64,000 bases of DNA from Dehalococcoidia bacterium (GTDB lineage Bacteria > Chloroflexota > Dehalococcoidia > Lucifugimonadales > Australimonadaceae), in the NCBI GenBank assembly GCA_965248455.1, contig OZ252105.1, forward strand, positions 2,269,360-2,333,359, read 5' to 3'. Position numbers and translations under genes: made by a program. Below, piece by piece: positions 61,843 to 64,000 of the stretch. The number at the start of each line of letters is the position of its first letter. Position 1 is the stretch's first letter. The notes under the pieces were generated by a model, which was not told the origin of the DNA, did not search any database, and saw nothing but the letters and a program-made list of their open reading frames with translations.

Positions 61843-63618
61843 TTACTTGTCCAGCCAGACCGTTGCGAAGTCGAGGTTGCGGCGGTAGTTGTCTACGGGC
61901 ACCTGGATGCCCTTCACGTATTCGCGCACGACCGTGTGCGTGTTCTCCGTGTACAGCGGCGCCGAGTAGACCTGCTCCACGGCGACATAGAGCTCCATCT
62001 CCCGCGCGATCTCGATCCGCTCCTCGATGCTGGTTGCGGCAGCCAGGCGGGTGAAGAACTCGTCCACCTTCGTGTCGTTGTGCTTCGGCTCAGCCGCGGC
62101 GTTGACGCCGGCGCTCGATATAATCGAGAAGTACTGGCTGGGCAGCGCCACCGTTGCCCCGCCATGCTGCATGTCGAACGAACCCTCCAGGTTTCTGGCT
62201 GCCCGCGTGGCGTCGTCCACCAGCTGGAGGTCGATACGGATGCCGAGGGCCTCCAACTGGCCGACCACCGGTTCACACATGTGCGTCCACAGCCTGCGGC
62301 ACATGTACTCAATCTCGAAACCGTCCGGGTAGCCTGCCTCGGCCAGCAGTGCCTTGGCCGTCTCCCGGTCGGCGTCCTTGGTGGCAGGGTTCCAGCCGGG
62401 CGTCTCCATGAGGCCCGGATTCGCCCAGGCGGTGTCCGGGTCGAACATGCCGACCAACTTGGCAAAGCCGCCGAACGTCAGTTGGATCAACTCCGGGCGG
62501 TCGAGCCAGAGGTGTATGGCGCGCCTGACCCGCACGTCCTGCAGCGGTCCCTCACGGATAGTGTTGAAGGCGAGCGGTATGAAGCTCGACTGGGCCATCT
62601 CCAGGATCGTCACTTTGTCGGGCCCCAGAGTGGAGAAGATGGCGGCCTCGCGCTCGGGGGTAAGCTGGAACCCGCCGCCGCGGGCGGTGGCGTCCAGGCG
62701 TCCCGTGCGGAATGCGGTGTCCATGCCGGACGGGTCAGGCGTGATGTAGAAGTCGATCCCGTCGAGGTAGGGAAGCTGGTTCCCGTCCTCGTCCGTCATG
62801 TAGTACTTGTCGAACCGGCGCATCTTGGCAACGCTGCCCGGCTGGTATTCCTCCACGTAGAACGGTCCGAGCCCGATGAGCCCTACGTCCAGCGGCGTGA
62901 CGTTGACGTTGCCTGCGTCTATCTCAGGCTGCATCAGGTGACGCGGGTGGGCGATGATCTGGTTGTCAACCCCTAGCAACTGGTCGAAGTCGAACACGGG
63001 GCTCGTGAGGTTGATGACGACCGTCAAGTCATCTGCGGCCTCGATGCTCTCCACCCACGGGATGAAGTCCCAGTTGACGGGACGCCTGGAGTTCTCTCCC
63101 ACCGTCACGCCGAAGACAGTCAAGTCCAACCAGAACTTCACGTCCTCGGCGGTGAGCTTGACGCCGTCGTGCCAGTAGACGTTGTCGCGCAACTTGAACG
63201 TCCAGGCCGTCCTGTCGCCGTTCGCGGACCACTCGGTCGCCAGGCCGGAGCAGACCGCGGCGCCGTCGTCCGGGCACTGGCGGATCATGTTCCCCATACC
63301 GAAGATCGAGCCCCCCGGTTGGAGGATGCTGATGGTGCCCGACCGTGTCGGATCCCAGCCCAGAGGCGGGTCGGCGCGGGTGGAGAAGTTCGCTATGCCG
63401 CCGTAGCGGGACTTCTCCTCCATCATCATAGCTGTCGGGGTTGGGGCCATAGCTTCGCCGTCAGATGGCGCGGCGGTCGACTGAGGCGCCTGCGACTCCG
63501 GAGCCGGGGTTGGGGTCGGATCAGGGTCGTCTGATGTGCAAGCGGCCAGCGCCATGGTTAGAGCGAGGATGCTCGTAACAAGCGCCAGTGCTTTGAGCGC
63601 AGGAATTCTGATGGTCAT
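61843..63618 (-). CDS. ABC transporter substrate-binding lipoprotein, family 5 (peptide/nickel)
   Basis: 591-aa ORF with lipobox LTMALAACTSDD, a Pro/Thr linker, and SBP_bac_5-like length and motifs. Confidence 0.85.
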   Translation of the reverse strand: MTIRIPALKALALVTSILALTMALAACTSDDPDPTPTPAPESQAPQSTAAPSDGEAMAPTPTAMMMEEKSRYGGIANFSTRADPPLGWDPTRSGTISILQPGGSIFGMGNMIRQCPDDGAAVCSGLATEWSANGDRTAWTFKLRDNVYWHDGVKLTAEDVKFWLDLTVFGVTVGENSRRPVNWDFIPWVESIEAADDLTVVINLTSPVFDFDQLLGVDNQIIAHPRHLMQPEIDAGNVNVTPLDVGLIGLGPFYVEEYQPGSVAKMRRFDKYYMTDEDGNQLPYLDGIDFYITPDPSGMDTAFRTGRLDATARGGGFQLTPEREAAIFSTLGPDKVTILEMAQSSFIPLAFNTIREGPLQDVRVRRAIHLWLDRPELIQLTFGGFAKLVGMFDPDTAWANPGLMETPGWNPATKDADRETAKALLAEAGYPDGFEIEYMCRRLWTHMCEPVVGQLEALGIRIDLQLVDDATRAARNLEGSFDMQHGGATVALPSQYFSIISSAGVNAAAEPKHNDTKVDEFFTRLAAATSIEERIEIAREMELYVAVEQVYSAPLYTENTHTVVREYVKGIQVPVDNYRRNLDFATVWLDK

Positions 63619-63648
63619 TGGAATCCTCCCTGATCCATTTGCGTCCAG

Positions 63649-63999
63649 TTACTCTGCCGGAGCGGGGGCAACGAAGGTGATGGGCGCGGTCGCCAGGGAG
63701 CCCAGGTTGCCTTCCACTGTGACGGTGTATGTGCCGGGACTGGAGCTGATGCGGTTCATCCTGAACCTCCCGGCTTGCGTCACCGCGAACGTCCCGTATG
63801 CGGACGCATCGACGCCTGCTATTGTGCCGGGGCCATACGCGTCGGTGTGGAAGATGATGAGGACAGCTTCCCCGGGCTGGAAGCCCCAACCGGTGACCGT
63901 GAAGGTTCGCTCGGAGCCGATGGTGTATGCGGCTTTATCTAGCGAGATGCCGGCGGCGGATACGGGCGCAGGATCGCCTGGAGGACCCTGAGCGCCATC
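63649..63999 (-). CDS. C-terminal part of a CDS that starts beyond the window end (secreted Ig-like/beta-sandwich domain protein, hypothetical)
   Basis: The minus-strand frame reads DGAQGPPGDPAPVSAAGISLDKAAYTIGSERTFTVTGWGFQPGEAVLIIFHTDAYGPGT...TYTVTVEGNLGSLATAPITFVAPAPAE*, with TAA at 63651-63649. It is far more protein-like than the overlapping plus-strand track ORF 63536-63991. Confidence 0.55.
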   Translation of the reverse strand, partial: DGAQGPPGDPAPVSAAGISLDKAAYTIGSERTFTVTGWGFQPGEAVLIIFHTDAYGPGTIAGVDASAYGTFAVTQAGRFRMNRISSSPGTYTVTVEGNLGSLATAPITFVAPAPAE

Positions 64000-64000
64000 G

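Noticed and set aside
63536-63991. The plus-strand 151-aa ORF at the window end.
   Set aside because: The opposite strand, in the frame ending at TAA 63651-63649, gives a much more protein-like beta-sandwich sequence with a clean stop. The plus-strand ORF is its antisense shadow.

Overview
High-GC (roughly two-thirds G+C by eye), densely coding bacterial chromosomal window. I cannot assign a taxon from sequence alone. The core content is catabolic and housekeeping. It includes several amidohydrolases, a TPP enzyme, an orphan hydantoinase B, two amidase plus small-subunit pairs, two class II aldolases, a TctA permease, an MFS transporter and a five-gene peptide-type ABC operon. It also includes gltX, miaB, nadC, lspA, an rluD-like gene, rarA, tag and a moaD-moaE fusion. 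Four tRNAs are present: Glu-CUC, Gln-CUG, Ser-GCU and Ala-GGC. No rRNA gene or CRISPR array was seen.

Accessory material:
- Three IS481-family copies plus a terminal remnant. One copy is intact with a 6-bp GCTAGA target duplication; two are truncated.
- One IS110-family element. Its 174-nt non-coding left end contains short segments that match its own insertion flanks, which is the layout expected of a bridge-RNA.
- A lower-GC HigB / HigA-ImmA fusion / HAD-hydrolase operon abutting tRNA-Gln.
- A second lower-GC island after tRNA-Ala, carrying a two-component system, a secreted Fn3-like protein, a Cache-like lipoprotein and a small anchored protein.

The most unusual non-genic signal is a mosaic repeat family. 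It forms three large intergenic blocks plus solo units, one of them in-frame inside miaB. It is built from a REP-like GC hairpin, the IS110 target core, poly-G/C tracts, and blocks of exactly 10-bp-phased A-tract iterons whose variable word is uniform within a copy but differs between copies.

At least seven CDSs are split by single-base frameshifts, mostly at short homopolymers. This could be gene decay or assembly error; I cannot tell which from the sequence. Many long ORFs in the supplied track are antisense or off-frame high-GC artefacts and were not called.
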